Source: a virus (taxonomy: Duplodnaviria; Caudoviricetes). Taken from it: a stretch of DNA of 64,000 bases. Numbering within the stretch: the first letter of the stretch is position 1; every line of letters begins with the position of its first letter. The translations under genes were made by a program, and so were the position numbers. The notes below the pieces were generated by a model. That model saw nothing but the letters and a program-made list of their open reading frames with translations, ran no database searches and was not told the origin of the DNA. Below are positions 48,692 through 59,381 of the stretch, piece after piece. The stretch is from the IMG/VR virus record IMGVR_UViG_3300028591_000198, positions 4,213-68,212 of that record; one strand, written 5' to 3'.

Positions 48692-49891
48692 ATGGAAAAT
48701 GAAAATCATTCATGGGCTCCGCCAAAGATGAAATTGGTAGAAAATATGATTTCCACCATAATTGGAAAGAGTGCAAAAGCAATCACAAACTTTGCACTAT
48801 ACAAACTGGATTTTTCATATTTTCAGTGGAGTATCAACTGGGAATGTATGATGAAATATTTCAAACATATCCCAGGTGATATTCAAGAATATCGGACAAA
48901 CGAGGTGAGACAAAAAACAATAGAATTTGAATACGGCACGCCATCCGCTTGTGGGAAATTCTATGATGTTATCATATGGGATAGAATGCCCATTATATTG
49001 GTAATGGAAAATATCCCCGACAAAGATGGAATGATTCGTAGAAGTTACATCCTGTACACAGTATACACAAAAAAGGGTGCACGTGTTCTGCGAAACTTTG
49101 TCAGACAATTGATCAAAGACTCACAAGAATATGACAAAAAACAATCGAAGATTACTTGGAGACAAGTAATAAACGGTTGTAATTCGTTGATCCGCCGAGA
49201 CAAACCACAAAGAACGTGGAATGACGTATTCATCAAAGATGTTGATCAGAAGCGAATTGATGAATCGGTTCATAAATTCCTGGAATCTGAAACATGGTAT
49301 CATGATCATAAGATACCATATCACTTTGGGATACTATTGCACGGAAATCCCGGAACAGGAAAATCTTCCGTGGTCCAAGCAATTATAAACTCATTCCCAT
49401 GTGATGTATATTATGTCACACCAGGATGTCTCGGTGAGTTCATTACAAACTGCTCTTGGATAAATACTGACAATCATATCCAGACCAGAGTCATTATCAT
49501 CGAAGACGTCGACACAGAATCGTTCGTAGAGTCTCGTGAAAAGAAGACGAATGATGACGACAAATTTTCATTCAAGCCGAAGTTCAGTCTCGGAACGTTA
49601 CTGAATTTCATGGACGGTATGGGAAATCCCCAAGACACAATTTGGATTCTGACAACGAATCATATCGATAAACTAGATGACGCTCTGATTCGTCCTGGAA
49701 GAATAGATCTCTGTGTTGAGGTTGGATACATTGACAATGAAATTCTATTGAAGTTTATGAGGTTCCATTACGGAACTGAATCACTTCCGATGGGATTTCA
49801 AATACGAGCCGGTTTGACATGTGCAGAATTAAATACAAAAGTCATGACCGGTTATACAGAACAACAGCTGCTGGAATATGTGGCTGAATAA
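48692..49891 (+). CDS. AAA+ ATPase, BCS1-like
   Basis: GILLHGNPGTGKS, IIEDVD, SLGTLLNFMDG, TTNH...ALIRPGRID. Confidence 0.85.
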   Translation: MENENHSWAPPKMKLVENMISTIIGKSAKAITNFALYKLDFSYFQWSINWECMMKYFKHIPGDIQEYRTNEVRQKTIEFEYGTPSACGKFYDVIIWDRMPIILVMENIPDKDGMIRRSYILYTVYTKKGARVLRNFVRQLIKDSQEYDKKQSKITWRQVINGCNSLIRRDKPQRTWNDVFIKDVDQKRIDESVHKFLESETWYHDHKIPYHFGILLHGNPGTGKSSVVQAIINSFPCDVYYVTPGCLGEFITNCSWINTDNHIQTRVIIIEDVDTESFVESREKKTNDDDKFSFKPKFSLGTLLNFMDGMGNPQDTIWILTTNHIDKLDDALIRPGRIDLCVEVGYIDNEILLKFMRFHYGTESLPMGFQIRAGLTCAELNTKVMTGYTEQQLLEYVAE

Positions 49892-49917
49892 ATTTTATAA
49901 AGTAAAGGAGAACAAAA

Positions 49918-50610
49918 ATGGAGTACATTACAAAATTGAATAAAATGGGAGTCATGGTTTATAACCGCCCCGACATTTATGATGGCGAGAACAAGTCCAT
50001 CGCCATCATCATCGATGAGCGAGAAGACTACATTAAGATGAAAGATGCAATCACATTCATTGCATCAACAGAATGCATTGAAGCATTCATCGATATAATC
50101 TTCGAAGATTATTCAGAAGGCTTCATCACAGATATAATCAAAGGAATCAATGAATATCTGTATGATCATTCTCGAGTAATTAAAGGAAACAAATTCTCAC
50201 CAAAGGAATGGTGGGAAGCGGTTATTCCTATGATAGCATTGGCATTCGATCGCTATGGAATCGATTTATCAGAATGCGATCATACAGAATACATAGTCGC
50301 AAAGAAGCGGCTAGGTGGACGGAAAGGCATTGTCACCGCAGTAAAAAATGCGCTTGAAAATCAATGTGCATCCAGATGTGCATTGTGCGAACATTGCCGC
50401 ATCAATATCAATGGCGAATATTATTGTAAACGCATCATAGTTGAATCCGATAGAACAAACGGGAGCATTCTTGCAAAAATGCTTACCGGTAATAAATTTG
50501 CATCTAATTTGTGTTCCGATATTGTCGGACCGAATGATGATTGTGAATGCTTCTCGTCCAGAGACAAATCTCTGATGAAGAAGCTTCGTCATTTTGTGAT
50601 GGATGTTTGA
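49918..50610 (+). CDS. hypothetical protein with Cys-rich C-terminus
   Basis: RBS AAAGGAG; CASRCALCEHC...C...C. Confidence 0.75.
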   Translation: MEYITKLNKMGVMVYNRPDIYDGENKSIAIIIDEREDYIKMKDAITFIASTECIEAFIDIIFEDYSEGFITDIIKGINEYLYDHSRVIKGNKFSPKEWWEAVIPMIALAFDRYGIDLSECDHTEYIVAKKRLGGRKGIVTAVKNALENQCASRCALCEHCRININGEYYCKRIIVESDRTNGSILAKMLTGNKFASNLCSDIVGPNDDCECFSSRDKSLMKKLRHFVMDV

Positions 50611-50612
50611 TG

Positions 50613-50641
50613 AGAAGGGACCTTTCGGTCCCTTCTTTTTT
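50613..50641 (+). terminator. intrinsic terminator
   Basis: AGAAGGGACC-tttc-GGTCCCTTCT plus T-run. Confidence 0.85.
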
Positions 50642-50665
50642 GTATACCAATAATATAGTATCGAA

Positions 50666-50678
50666 AAACGATTTCATA
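50666..50678 (+). promoter_or_regulatory. putative late promoter AAACG-N6-TA
   Basis: AAACG atttca TA ahead of the tail-fibre cluster. Confidence 0.45.
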
Positions 50679-50704
50679 ATATTCCATGAAAGGAGTGAGC
50701 CGTA

Positions 50705-50902
50705 ATGGCTGTCGATAATACTTCCCCTTTGATTTATGATCTTCCGGATGGTGATGTGGTTGAATTACCACCTTGGGCTTACATTGTTCAAGAGGTTGGT
50801 AAATTGATTAATCCCATCACAGCCAATCTGACTTTGATCAATACCGATTTACAACGCATTGATACAAAGTTGATCAGTTGGATTGACAATAATAATACTT
50901 AA
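50705..50902 (+). CDS. small hypothetical (probably virion) protein
   Basis: RBS AAAGGAG; 65 aa. Confidence 0.7.
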   Translation: MAVDNTSPLIYDLPDGDVVELPPWAYIVQEVGKLINPITANLTLINTDLQRIDTKLISWIDNNNT

Positions 50903-50925
50903 AATAGTATAAGGAGTGAAATATA

Positions 50926-51342
50926 ATGGCAAATGATCCGCATACAGATTGGGCTACGATGTGTAATAATTTGAAACAAGTGATTGCTGCACAGCAGCAG
51001 TTGATCAATCAGATTGCAACACATCTTGAACAAATCGAAATGGGTGGTGGAGGCGGAGGCACCGCATCCATCGAAGACTATGAATCTGGAAAACTGTATA
51101 AGAGAAATATGCTTCTCGTTGATACAGATACAGAAACCGTATATCGTGTATTGGCAACACAGTATACATCCGTAACAGTTCAAACCGACGTTGAAAATCA
51201 GAATCTGAAAGTTGTTGGTCTGGAATCTCAGATTGTTACATTTGATCATGATCCTTCTCAGGCTGAAATCGAAGGTCTGCCGGATGACAGCTTTGTTGCA
51301 GTTTACTCAACAACAGACGATCCATATCATCCTCAGTCTTAA
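50926..51342 (+). CDS. hypothetical (probably virion) protein
   Basis: RBS AAGGAG; short coiled coil followed by a GGGGGG linker. Confidence 0.75.
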   Translation: MANDPHTDWATMCNNLKQVIAAQQQLINQIATHLEQIEMGGGGGGTASIEDYESGKLYKRNMLLVDTDTETVYRVLATQYTSVTVQTDVENQNLKVVGLESQIVTFDHDPSQAEIEGLPDDSFVAVYSTTDDPYHPQS

Positions 51343-51375
51343 TTTTTTTTTATTTGATAAAGGAGGTGACATCAG

Positions 51376-54300
51376 TTGGCTCAATTAATATTATGGGACA
51401 ATGCCATATGGAGAGAGTTTAGACGATTTTCCTATACAGGCGGGCCTGAAGAATTCACTTTATCGAATGGCACATATTTGGTCGCATGTCATGGTGCACA
51501 AGGTGGTGTGAATGGTCGAAATCCCACTTCACCGGTGTATGGAGGTTCTGCATATGGAATATTACGCATCACCGAACCTCAGAAGATGTATGCATATGTC
51601 GGTGGAAATGGTGAAAATGGTTTAGAAAGCAAAACAACATTTCCAGCGAACGAAGGTGGTAGTGGCGGATTCAATGGTGGCGGTCATGGTGGTAAAGCAT
51701 ATATGTCACATTCCAGCACAAAATACCAAGGTGCTGGAGGCGGTGGAGCAACTGATATCCGTTTACATAAACCTGAAGAATTTGCTCCAGAAGACGATCC
51801 CATTATGATTCCGACACTTCCTGCAGGATATGTACAGGTTGAGTATCTTGATACGTCTACTACAACTGGTGCATATTTTGATACTGGATATATTGCACAA
51901 GAAAGCTCAACATTCGTATTCGGAGCATCATTCTCTGAAGAAACTTCGTCTTTGCAAAACACCATGCCCATTCTGGGTTCATCTCTAGAAAAAGTAGATG
52001 ATCAGAATGTTAGCCCAGGGTGGGTAATCTGGTTGACTGGTAATAAAACATGGGGAACATATGGGGACACTAAAATCCCTCAAATATCATCTGTGTATGG
52101 TAGCTCAATGCCGGAAACAAGTTATGATGTAACGACAGTTCCATTTGGAGAAAAGGCCATATATCGTGTTGATAAATACGGTGTATTCGTAAACGGTAAT
52201 CCGATAAATTACACATATGATCCATCAGGTGTTCCTAGAAGTGATGCAACAATGTTGTTGTTTGCATTACGCAGAGGGAATAATATACCATCAAACCGTT
52301 GGTTTGGTAAATTCTATTTTCTCCAGATATACGAGGAAGTCAATGGCGAACAAACTCTTGTTCACGAATTCATTCCTTGTGTGAAAACATCAAACAATGA
52401 AATCGGATTGTATGATACTGTCGGAGAAACATTCATCCGAACAGCCAATACAAACACAAGCAACACAACGTCATATGCATATTTGAATGCTGGAAATAAA
52501 GGTCCGCATTATATTCCTGGGCATTATCTGAAACCAAGATATTTCCCGAAAATTCCAGAAGGATATCAACAGCTTAAATATGTCAAATTACTCCATCATG
52601 CGTATTTTGACACTGGGTTTGAAGATGTACATACCAATACCATATTCACAATAAAATGGGCTCAGCATAGAGGATACCATGGTCCCAGTGATGATTCACC
52701 AGATGTGATTGCTGGTTTGTTTGGATCATATCTTGATGGACAGGGGTGGTTGGATGAAGGACCCCAACGAGCATCAGTTCTGATGGATGGCAGTTATAGG
52801 GCTGGAGAAGCTGGCCCATATAGACCGGGTGGAGATGAAAGCCCACCAACAGGATGGACTGGCGGTGGATGGTATGCTTCGATAAAGTATGATGGTGAAA
52901 TAAAAATCGAATCTATATTTGGTTCAACACACCGCAGTTCGTCATACAATAGATGGTACAGTACCGGATACTATCTTGATATGCCTGTTGAATATACTTT
53001 CAGGATGAAAAATATATTTGCAAACACGCATTATTTGTATGGAATCATAGGTCCCGATGATCGTATCGGATCTAATGTTCAAGTACAACGACCGATTACG
53101 ATTGGTGCCGTTCGAATGTTCACAAATGATTTTGATGATATCGATCCATCTGTTAACAGAGGTATTGTATTATGTCAGTCTTCCGTCCAACCCGATACAG
53201 ACGGCGGTTCATTATACTATTTCAAAATTTATGAAACTCTTGGAGTTCTGCCACAAAAAGTTCCGCCATATTCACCATTGACAAAACTCATGCGAGAATA
53301 TATTCCATGTAAACGTCTTTCTGATGATGCAATTGGATTATATGAAACACAAGAAGGTGTTTTCATTGAACCATCCATATTCTCGACAACACCAGGATCT
53401 GAACCTGGCGTATTAGCTGGACCAGAAGGCACATACCCTCTTCAGAACTTCGACGGTTTTCCTTATTATGAACATCTTGATCTTGGATATAATGAAGATG
53501 AATTGAAGGATCCGGATGAAAGAGCACATCTTGATTTCGGAAGATTCTATGACCTTTTAGAATATTATGAAAAGATGTCATTGAACTCCAGATTGATCGT
53601 TGCTGGTGGTGGAGGCGGAGGTTCAGGATTTCCTACCACTGCAAAAACTTCCGCCGAACCGATAACGGCTGCCAATGCTTCTGATAAGATTGACAATTAT
53701 GGAGGAATTGGTGGAGGTGCAATTGCTGGATTTGTCGTCACACCGGATGACTTTCAAGACAACATATATACTAGAGGCTCCGGATATATGTTTGGAAATG
53801 GCAGTGACGCAGTTCCAAAAACCACAGGAAACACTTTCAGCATGCATGGTGCTGGTGGTGGCGGAGGCGGTTGGTATGGTGGTAATGCCATAAATTATTC
53901 AGATTCAGACGACATATGGACTTCCGCAAATGGCGGTGGTGGAGATGGATTTGTTTATGGAGGTCGGAGTCCTTCTGTTCCGTATGGCGAATATTCTCCG
54001 GATGAATCATTCAAATTAACCAATACACTCCTAACATCCGGAACAGCGATTGATCCTGAAATCATCATCTATACAAAGACTTCGGTTGTGAATGAAAACG
54101 ATGTGCTATTCCAACCACCAACGGGAAAACCTGAATCAGCTATGTTCCCTGCAGGAAAATACATGATTGAGTGTTATGGCGGTGATGGTGGTGTCGGTGG
54201 TGATTTGAATAAATCTAAACGTGGCGGATATGCAAAAGGCACATTGAATTTGACAGAACCAACAGAGTTGTTCCTTTCCGTTGGTGGTGATGGTCTATTT

Positions 54301-55404
54301 GATTCGTTAACACCAACCACCGATGATGAGACAGAACATGGTAAACCGGAATACTTCATGTCAGAATTTAGACCACATTTTGGTTTCAATGGTGGTGGAA
54401 TGCAATCCAACTGGAAGTATACCACACTCAAAGGTCATTCCGGTGGCGGTGCAACAGATGTTCGTATCAAAGAATATTCTGTCATGACACGTGTCATTGT
54501 TGCTGGTGGTGCCGGTGGAGAATCGGCCGCATCTGTAGGAACTGAAGGCTCCACTGGTGGAGCTGGTGGTGGTACCACTGGTGCTACTCCTGGTGGAAGT
54601 CGAGGAACAAATGCAGGTGCTGGTACACAGAACACAGCTCCACAGAGTGATGATTATCCAGATATCAATGGATATTTTGGATATGGTGGATATGCCTCAG
54701 AAATCACAGGATCCACTGGAAAATTTGGCGGAGCCGGTGGTGGCGGATGGTTCGGAGGTTCCGGAACATATCCAAACGGAAATTATACTTCCGGCTTCAA
54801 AGGCGGTGCTGGTGGTTCTGGATATGTCTTCACAGAAAGCTCCTACAAACCAGAAGGATTCTTATTGAAAGAAAAGTATTATCTGGAAAACACGACACTG
54901 ACTCAAGGTGGAAATAATCTACCAAGATATCACACGGGTATTCGGATAACAGTTCTTGAGACAAGAATCTTGTCATTACTCTGTCGCGATAAGTATGGAA
55001 TCAAATATTATGATTCATATACGGATACTTGGAGATTGACACCAAACCAAGAGTTGACTCCTGCTGAATTCCGTGACTGGGGTTCCGTTGAAATCACCAA
55101 TGACAATGGTCTTGATGATGAATATGAAGTCCTGGTTTATGATCCTTCTGACATGGTTTCGACGTTAAGTTTGTATGTTACACCGAACAAACAGATCGTA
55201 ACTCATCATTTACAAACTGATACGAAAATCAAATATGTGAATGTTGATTTGGATTGTGATCCCGAATTGTACGAAGTCGTTGTAAAATACAAACGTTCAT
55301 CAGAATCAGGTCAACCAATTATCACAACACGTGTGGAACTTGATAAACTCGTTCGTGATGCAGAATATCAACCACATCTGTTCTATATCACATATTCAGA
55401 ATAA
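51376..55404 (+). CDS. tail fibre/receptor-binding protein with glycine-rich domains and two lectin-like repeats
   Basis: RBS AAGGAGG, TTG start; GAQGG...GGFNGGG...GGGATDIR motifs twice; two YxQxxY...YFDTG...EFIPC...IGLY repeats. Confidence 0.7.
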   Translation: MAQLILWDNAIWREFRRFSYTGGPEEFTLSNGTYLVACHGAQGGVNGRNPTSPVYGGSAYGILRITEPQKMYAYVGGNGENGLESKTTFPANEGGSGGFNGGGHGGKAYMSHSSTKYQGAGGGGATDIRLHKPEEFAPEDDPIMIPTLPAGYVQVEYLDTSTTTGAYFDTGYIAQESSTFVFGASFSEETSSLQNTMPILGSSLEKVDDQNVSPGWVIWLTGNKTWGTYGDTKIPQISSVYGSSMPETSYDVTTVPFGEKAIYRVDKYGVFVNGNPINYTYDPSGVPRSDATMLLFALRRGNNIPSNRWFGKFYFLQIYEEVNGEQTLVHEFIPCVKTSNNEIGLYDTVGETFIRTANTNTSNTTSYAYLNAGNKGPHYIPGHYLKPRYFPKIPEGYQQLKYVKLLHHAYFDTGFEDVHTNTIFTIKWAQHRGYHGPSDDSPDVIAGLFGSYLDGQGWLDEGPQRASVLMDGSYRAGEAGPYRPGGDESPPTGWTGGGWYASIKYDGEIKIESIFGSTHRSSSYNRWYSTGYYLDMPVEYTFRMKNIFANTHYLYGIIGPDDRIGSNVQVQRPITIGAVRMFTNDFDDIDPSVNRGIVLCQSSVQPDTDGGSLYYFKIYETLGVLPQKVPPYSPLTKLMREYIPCKRLSDDAIGLYETQEGVFIEPSIFSTTPGSEPGVLAGPEGTYPLQNFDGFPYYEHLDLGYNEDELKDPDERAHLDFGRFYDLLEYYEKMSLNSRLIVAGGGGGGSGFPTTAKTSAEPITAANASDKIDNYGGIGGGAIAGFVVTPDDFQDNIYTRGSGYMFGNGSDAVPKTTGNTFSMHGAGGGGGGWYGGNAINYSDSDDIWTSANGGGGDGFVYGGRSPSVPYGEYSPDESFKLTNTLLTSGTAIDPEIIIYTKTSVVNENDVLFQPPTGKPESAMFPAGKYMIECYGGDGGVGGDLNKSKRGGYAKGTLNLTEPTELFLSVGGDGLFDSLTPTTDDETEHGKPEYFMSEFRPHFGFNGGGMQSNWKYTTLKGHSGGGATDVRIKEYSVMTRVIVAGGAGGESAASVGTEGSTGGAGGGTTGATPGGSRGTNAGAGTQNTAPQSDDYPDINGYFGYGGYASEITGSTGKFGGAGGGGWFGGSGTYPNGNYTSGFKGGAGGSGYVFTESSYKPEGFLLKEKYYLENTTLTQGGNNLPRYHTGIRITVLETRILSLLCRDKYGIKYYDSYTDTWRLTPNQELTPAEFRDWGSVEITNDNGLDDEYEVLVYDPSDMVSTLSLYVTPNKQIVTHHLQTDTKIKYVNVDLDCDPELYEVVVKYKRSSESGQPIITTRVELDKLVRDAEYQPHLFYITYSE

Positions 55405-55417
55405 TGGGGTGAAATAA

Positions 55418-56641
55418 ATGAGTAAGAACTTGTTATACGTTCGAAGTGGTACCGGATTATTTCCGATATACTATAAGAACTTTGTGCCTACCGGATATTC
55501 CCCCACGTCAACGATTATTGCTGAACGAAATCGTTTGTTGTATATATTTATGGCGAATTCATCATTATCAGAACAGAATCGAGTATATGATGTTTATCGA
55601 TTGAATATGTTCACAGGTGATGTAGAGAAAGCTTATTCATTGGCGAAGTCCCGAATCAGTTCAAAGTCCAGTGAAAACATTGGTGGCGTCTTGCTTGATG
55701 ACACATACATGTATGTCTGTATCAATACAGGAACTGTTCGTATCAAGGTATTTCTGCTAGTGACAATGGAACACATTAAGACATACCAATACGATACATC
55801 AACTCCTGTCCATGCGGGTGGTAAACTTGCATGGTATGATGATAAAACAATCGTATTGGTATGTGAAAAGGGTGTACTGTTGTTCGATATTGAAGAACGT
55901 AAATACACGTTGATTCCATTACCGAATGATGAAACCGTTGCTCCATGGCAAGATTTTGCGGTTGGCAAAAGAAAGATTCTATTGTCATTCGGTGACACAC
56001 CTCCGAAGCTTGCAATCTGTGATCTTGAAAGCCAGGAACAAAATAAATACACATTCGAAACAGTGAGAGTCGATAAAACTGGTGATGGTGCTGTAACATG
56101 TTATCACAAAGGAAAATTCTATATCGCCAGTTCAGACTTCCTTCATATCTATGATGAATTGACTGGTGAGATTGTTACGAGTGAAAAGAGTGCACCATGG
56201 AAAGAACCATATGCATTGTGTTATGCGAATGGAGGTTTATTTGGTTTCAGTAGCAGGTCATTAAACCGAACATTGTATATCTTCAACATTCGTGAACAAT
56301 CTCACTGGAATATTTATCTACCATGGCAAATAAATGGAAAACCTCTCGCTGTTGATGGATATGTGTTCTTACAACAACAAACACTCGGTATCTTCAATTA
56401 TTCCGGTTATGCAAAATATAACTTCGGTCAAAGATATCAGATGGATACAATTCAATTCAATGAAACATATGAATCGGATTTCGAATATGATCCTCGGTTC
56501 ATCACATTCTCTGGTACATACATGAGCATGCATGATGGTTACATTGATCACGAATTGACCCCGACCGAAAATACTGGTATCAAAAGTACAACCGTACGAA
56601 AGAGTGAATACAAATTCATGCGAGGTTGTGATTTCAAATAA
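55418..56641 (+). CDS. probable beta-propeller tail protein
   Basis: Repeating blade-like aromatic strands about every 40 aa; lies in the tail cluster. Confidence 0.55.
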   Translation: MSKNLLYVRSGTGLFPIYYKNFVPTGYSPTSTIIAERNRLLYIFMANSSLSEQNRVYDVYRLNMFTGDVEKAYSLAKSRISSKSSENIGGVLLDDTYMYVCINTGTVRIKVFLLVTMEHIKTYQYDTSTPVHAGGKLAWYDDKTIVLVCEKGVLLFDIEERKYTLIPLPNDETVAPWQDFAVGKRKILLSFGDTPPKLAICDLESQEQNKYTFETVRVDKTGDGAVTCYHKGKFYIASSDFLHIYDELTGEIVTSEKSAPWKEPYALCYANGGLFGFSSRSLNRTLYIFNIREQSHWNIYLPWQINGKPLAVDGYVFLQQQTLGIFNYSGYAKYNFGQRYQMDTIQFNETYESDFEYDPRFITFSGTYMSMHDGYIDHELTPTENTGIKSTTVRKSEYKFMRGCDFK

Positions 56642-56662
56642 TCCAAAGAAAGGAGTGATATC

Positions 56663-59380
56663 ATGTCGAAAATTCTTACAGAAGATCGGGCGGTATATCA
56701 ACGCGCTGTATCATTTGCAAAAAATTATAATAAGAAGCATCCCATACACAGAGGATTTTCGAACATCTATGTTGCTCGTCTTGTAGATGAAGAAGGAAAT
56801 GTTGTTGATGAAAAATATGGTATGAACTTACTGACAGATTATGGTTTGACCCAATACTTCACAGCATCAACATCAGAATTTTCCAGTAATAACTTCTATG
56901 TCGGACAAGGTTCTGGACAGAATTTCGATTATTCATCCAGCAGTTTGTTGTCCGCATTACAGACTGCTGCTACGAAAGACAATACGACTGCGAAATATGA
57001 TTATCCATTATATTTCCTGGAACCACAAGGAGACTCTCCTGGTTTGGTGACATGTATTTGTCGATTCATGCAGGTATCATATGATTATAATGTTGCTGAG
57101 TTTGGTTCTCGTGCAATCATTTCTGAATATGGTATCGGTACTTCTACAACACAGCTGTGGACACATTCATGGGTATATGATGATCAAGGAAATCGAGCGC
57201 AGATCACCAAGGATGAACATAAACAATTATTCATCGATGTTTTCTTCTGTATGTCTTATACGGATAAATTCATCAATGATTTGTGGGATGCCGGAAAATA
57301 TGTTTGCATCACCACGATGGAAAGATTCTTCAATAGAAAAACCATTAGTGGAGTCAATGTTGCAATGGCTGAAAATAACCTTTGCACTTTCAAACGATAC
57401 AACAGCGTCACATCCAGAGACAAAACCGCACACTCGGTTACGGTGCATGATGGCGTCATGACATTGATTTCCAATATGGCGGACTTCACATTGACTGCTG
57501 GAACAGATGCTTCGCAAGGTTATATTGACGGATTCATGTCCGATAATCCTGGAATGAATATGATGGAATGGGTTGATAACCCGACACCGATTTCATTTGA
57601 ATTGGTCACAAAACCAAATCCAACATACATTTATCAACCGGATTCATTCTCATTCAATTTCGGTGCAACGAATTATATTCCGTTCTCACAAGCATCTGTT
57701 ACAGCATCGAAAACGTATAACTTCAGAACCGGTGAATATACTTGTGTCGATGCTGTTGGTTCATATGTTCAAACACCAAATAAACGTTATACAGAAACTG
57801 GCATGGGTCATGTCTGTGCAACGCCGATTTATTATATGAACATTGAAACACTGATGCCATTGTATCTGTATCGGAATATGCAAACAGATGATGCGATTGT
57901 TGCATTACGTGGTGAATTGTTGACGGTGTATGCGACGGATGAATATTGGAACTTTGACGCATGGCATCCCATTTCCGATATTAAGAATATCCCGGCAGAA
58001 TATCAACATTGCAAGTATTGGATCACGAATTCCAACACAATCGACATTGATCCAGTTCGTGCAAACCCGACATTCAAATATGTCGATACAAATCAAACAT
58101 CAGAAACATTCAATTTCGAACCCAGTTTGATTAAAACTGGAAGAGGATACTCGAATGCTGATTTTGATGGAAAATGGTTTACAATCGGAAATCGTCTGTA
58201 TGATGTATATACAGGAAGACTGTCTACAACTACAATGGCAGCCGGTGGTAATGACGAAACGGTTCAGTCTTTCGGTTATAATCGTTTCGTATTGTCATTC
58301 AATGAGAATGACAACAAAATTTATGAATACGATATGACCGCGAATCCAATCGCCGAGACAATCATTACATCAACAATGGCAAGAATCGATCGTGCGCATA
58401 TATCCGAAACTCATACTGGTTGTATCATATTCTCTGATGCACAAACCAATGGCATCACCGAAATCTTTGTCATTGATAATTCTACATGTACACATACAAC
58501 TGATACAACACAGTATCTCGATATTGCATGTATTGAAAATACGGATTACTATGCGGATATTCAAACGCAATCAAGTAATGTTGTATTGACAATTACCAAT
58601 TTCAAAACAGGTACTGCTTACAGAACTGCGAATATTCCGTCAGGTGCAATTGACAGTTCTAACAGATATATGTTGTGTGGATACGGTAATTACGTGTATC
58701 TGCTGAGTTATAACAAGGCGTGGGTATATGACATCACAGCCCAAACATTCACACAGTGTAGCGGAACCGTTGCAACAGATCTTGAAAAGACTTATCGTTG
58801 GCGCGTTCGATCTACATCAACAGCTGACTGCATGATAGTTTATTCATATCTGCATGCAAATTATGGAACAACGACAACATTTGCTGTTACATCTGTCAAC
58901 CCAACAACATTGATTCAAATGAACAATGCATCCGGTGGTTTGTATATGGATACGATCACAGGCAGTAACATTACTAAGTATACGATGAGCTTGAAACTGT
59001 GGCAAATCAATAGTAACACACTAGCTCTGATTCAACAATCGTATTGTGCAACATCCGGTTCGAGCTGGTTGGAACATGTTGCATTCGATTTTGGTCAATG
59101 TCTGTACGAGGGTGTTTCAACAAATGCTCACTGGAATGTGAAGGATACAGTCAAGATTCATTGGATTCCATATGGATCTCATTTGATTCGAAGTCTTACA
59201 ACATTCCACTGTAAGAATCTGGTTCCTCATCAATTAACAGGAACAACGAATTGCGTATCAACATATAACTGGCCAAAGAGAATTACTGGAAAAAGTTGGA
59301 CGTTAGCTCTGACGAACCGTTCTACTTGGCAGGGTAAACCTCCCGGAAAGATCGCAGGAAGACTTGAGGTAGGTGTATAA
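56663..59380 (+). CDS. tail-associated paralogue 1
   Basis: N-terminal DEKYGMNLLTDYG and C-terminal VPHQLTGTT...YNWPK are shared with paralogues 2 and 3. Confidence 0.7.
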   Translation: MSKILTEDRAVYQRAVSFAKNYNKKHPIHRGFSNIYVARLVDEEGNVVDEKYGMNLLTDYGLTQYFTASTSEFSSNNFYVGQGSGQNFDYSSSSLLSALQTAATKDNTTAKYDYPLYFLEPQGDSPGLVTCICRFMQVSYDYNVAEFGSRAIISEYGIGTSTTQLWTHSWVYDDQGNRAQITKDEHKQLFIDVFFCMSYTDKFINDLWDAGKYVCITTMERFFNRKTISGVNVAMAENNLCTFKRYNSVTSRDKTAHSVTVHDGVMTLISNMADFTLTAGTDASQGYIDGFMSDNPGMNMMEWVDNPTPISFELVTKPNPTYIYQPDSFSFNFGATNYIPFSQASVTASKTYNFRTGEYTCVDAVGSYVQTPNKRYTETGMGHVCATPIYYMNIETLMPLYLYRNMQTDDAIVALRGELLTVYATDEYWNFDAWHPISDIKNIPAEYQHCKYWITNSNTIDIDPVRANPTFKYVDTNQTSETFNFEPSLIKTGRGYSNADFDGKWFTIGNRLYDVYTGRLSTTTMAAGGNDETVQSFGYNRFVLSFNENDNKIYEYDMTANPIAETIITSTMARIDRAHISETHTGCIIFSDAQTNGITEIFVIDNSTCTHTTDTTQYLDIACIENTDYYADIQTQSSNVVLTITNFKTGTAYRTANIPSGAIDSSNRYMLCGYGNYVYLLSYNKAWVYDITAQTFTQCSGTVATDLEKTYRWRVRSTSTADCMIVYSYLHANYGTTTTFAVTSVNPTTLIQMNNASGGLYMDTITGSNITKYTMSLKLWQINSNTLALIQQSYCATSGSSWLEHVAFDFGQCLYEGVSTNAHWNVKDTVKIHWIPYGSHLIRSLTTFHCKNLVPHQLTGTTNCVSTYNWPKRITGKSWTLALTNRSTWQGKPPGKIAGRLEVGV

Positions 59381-59381
59381 C

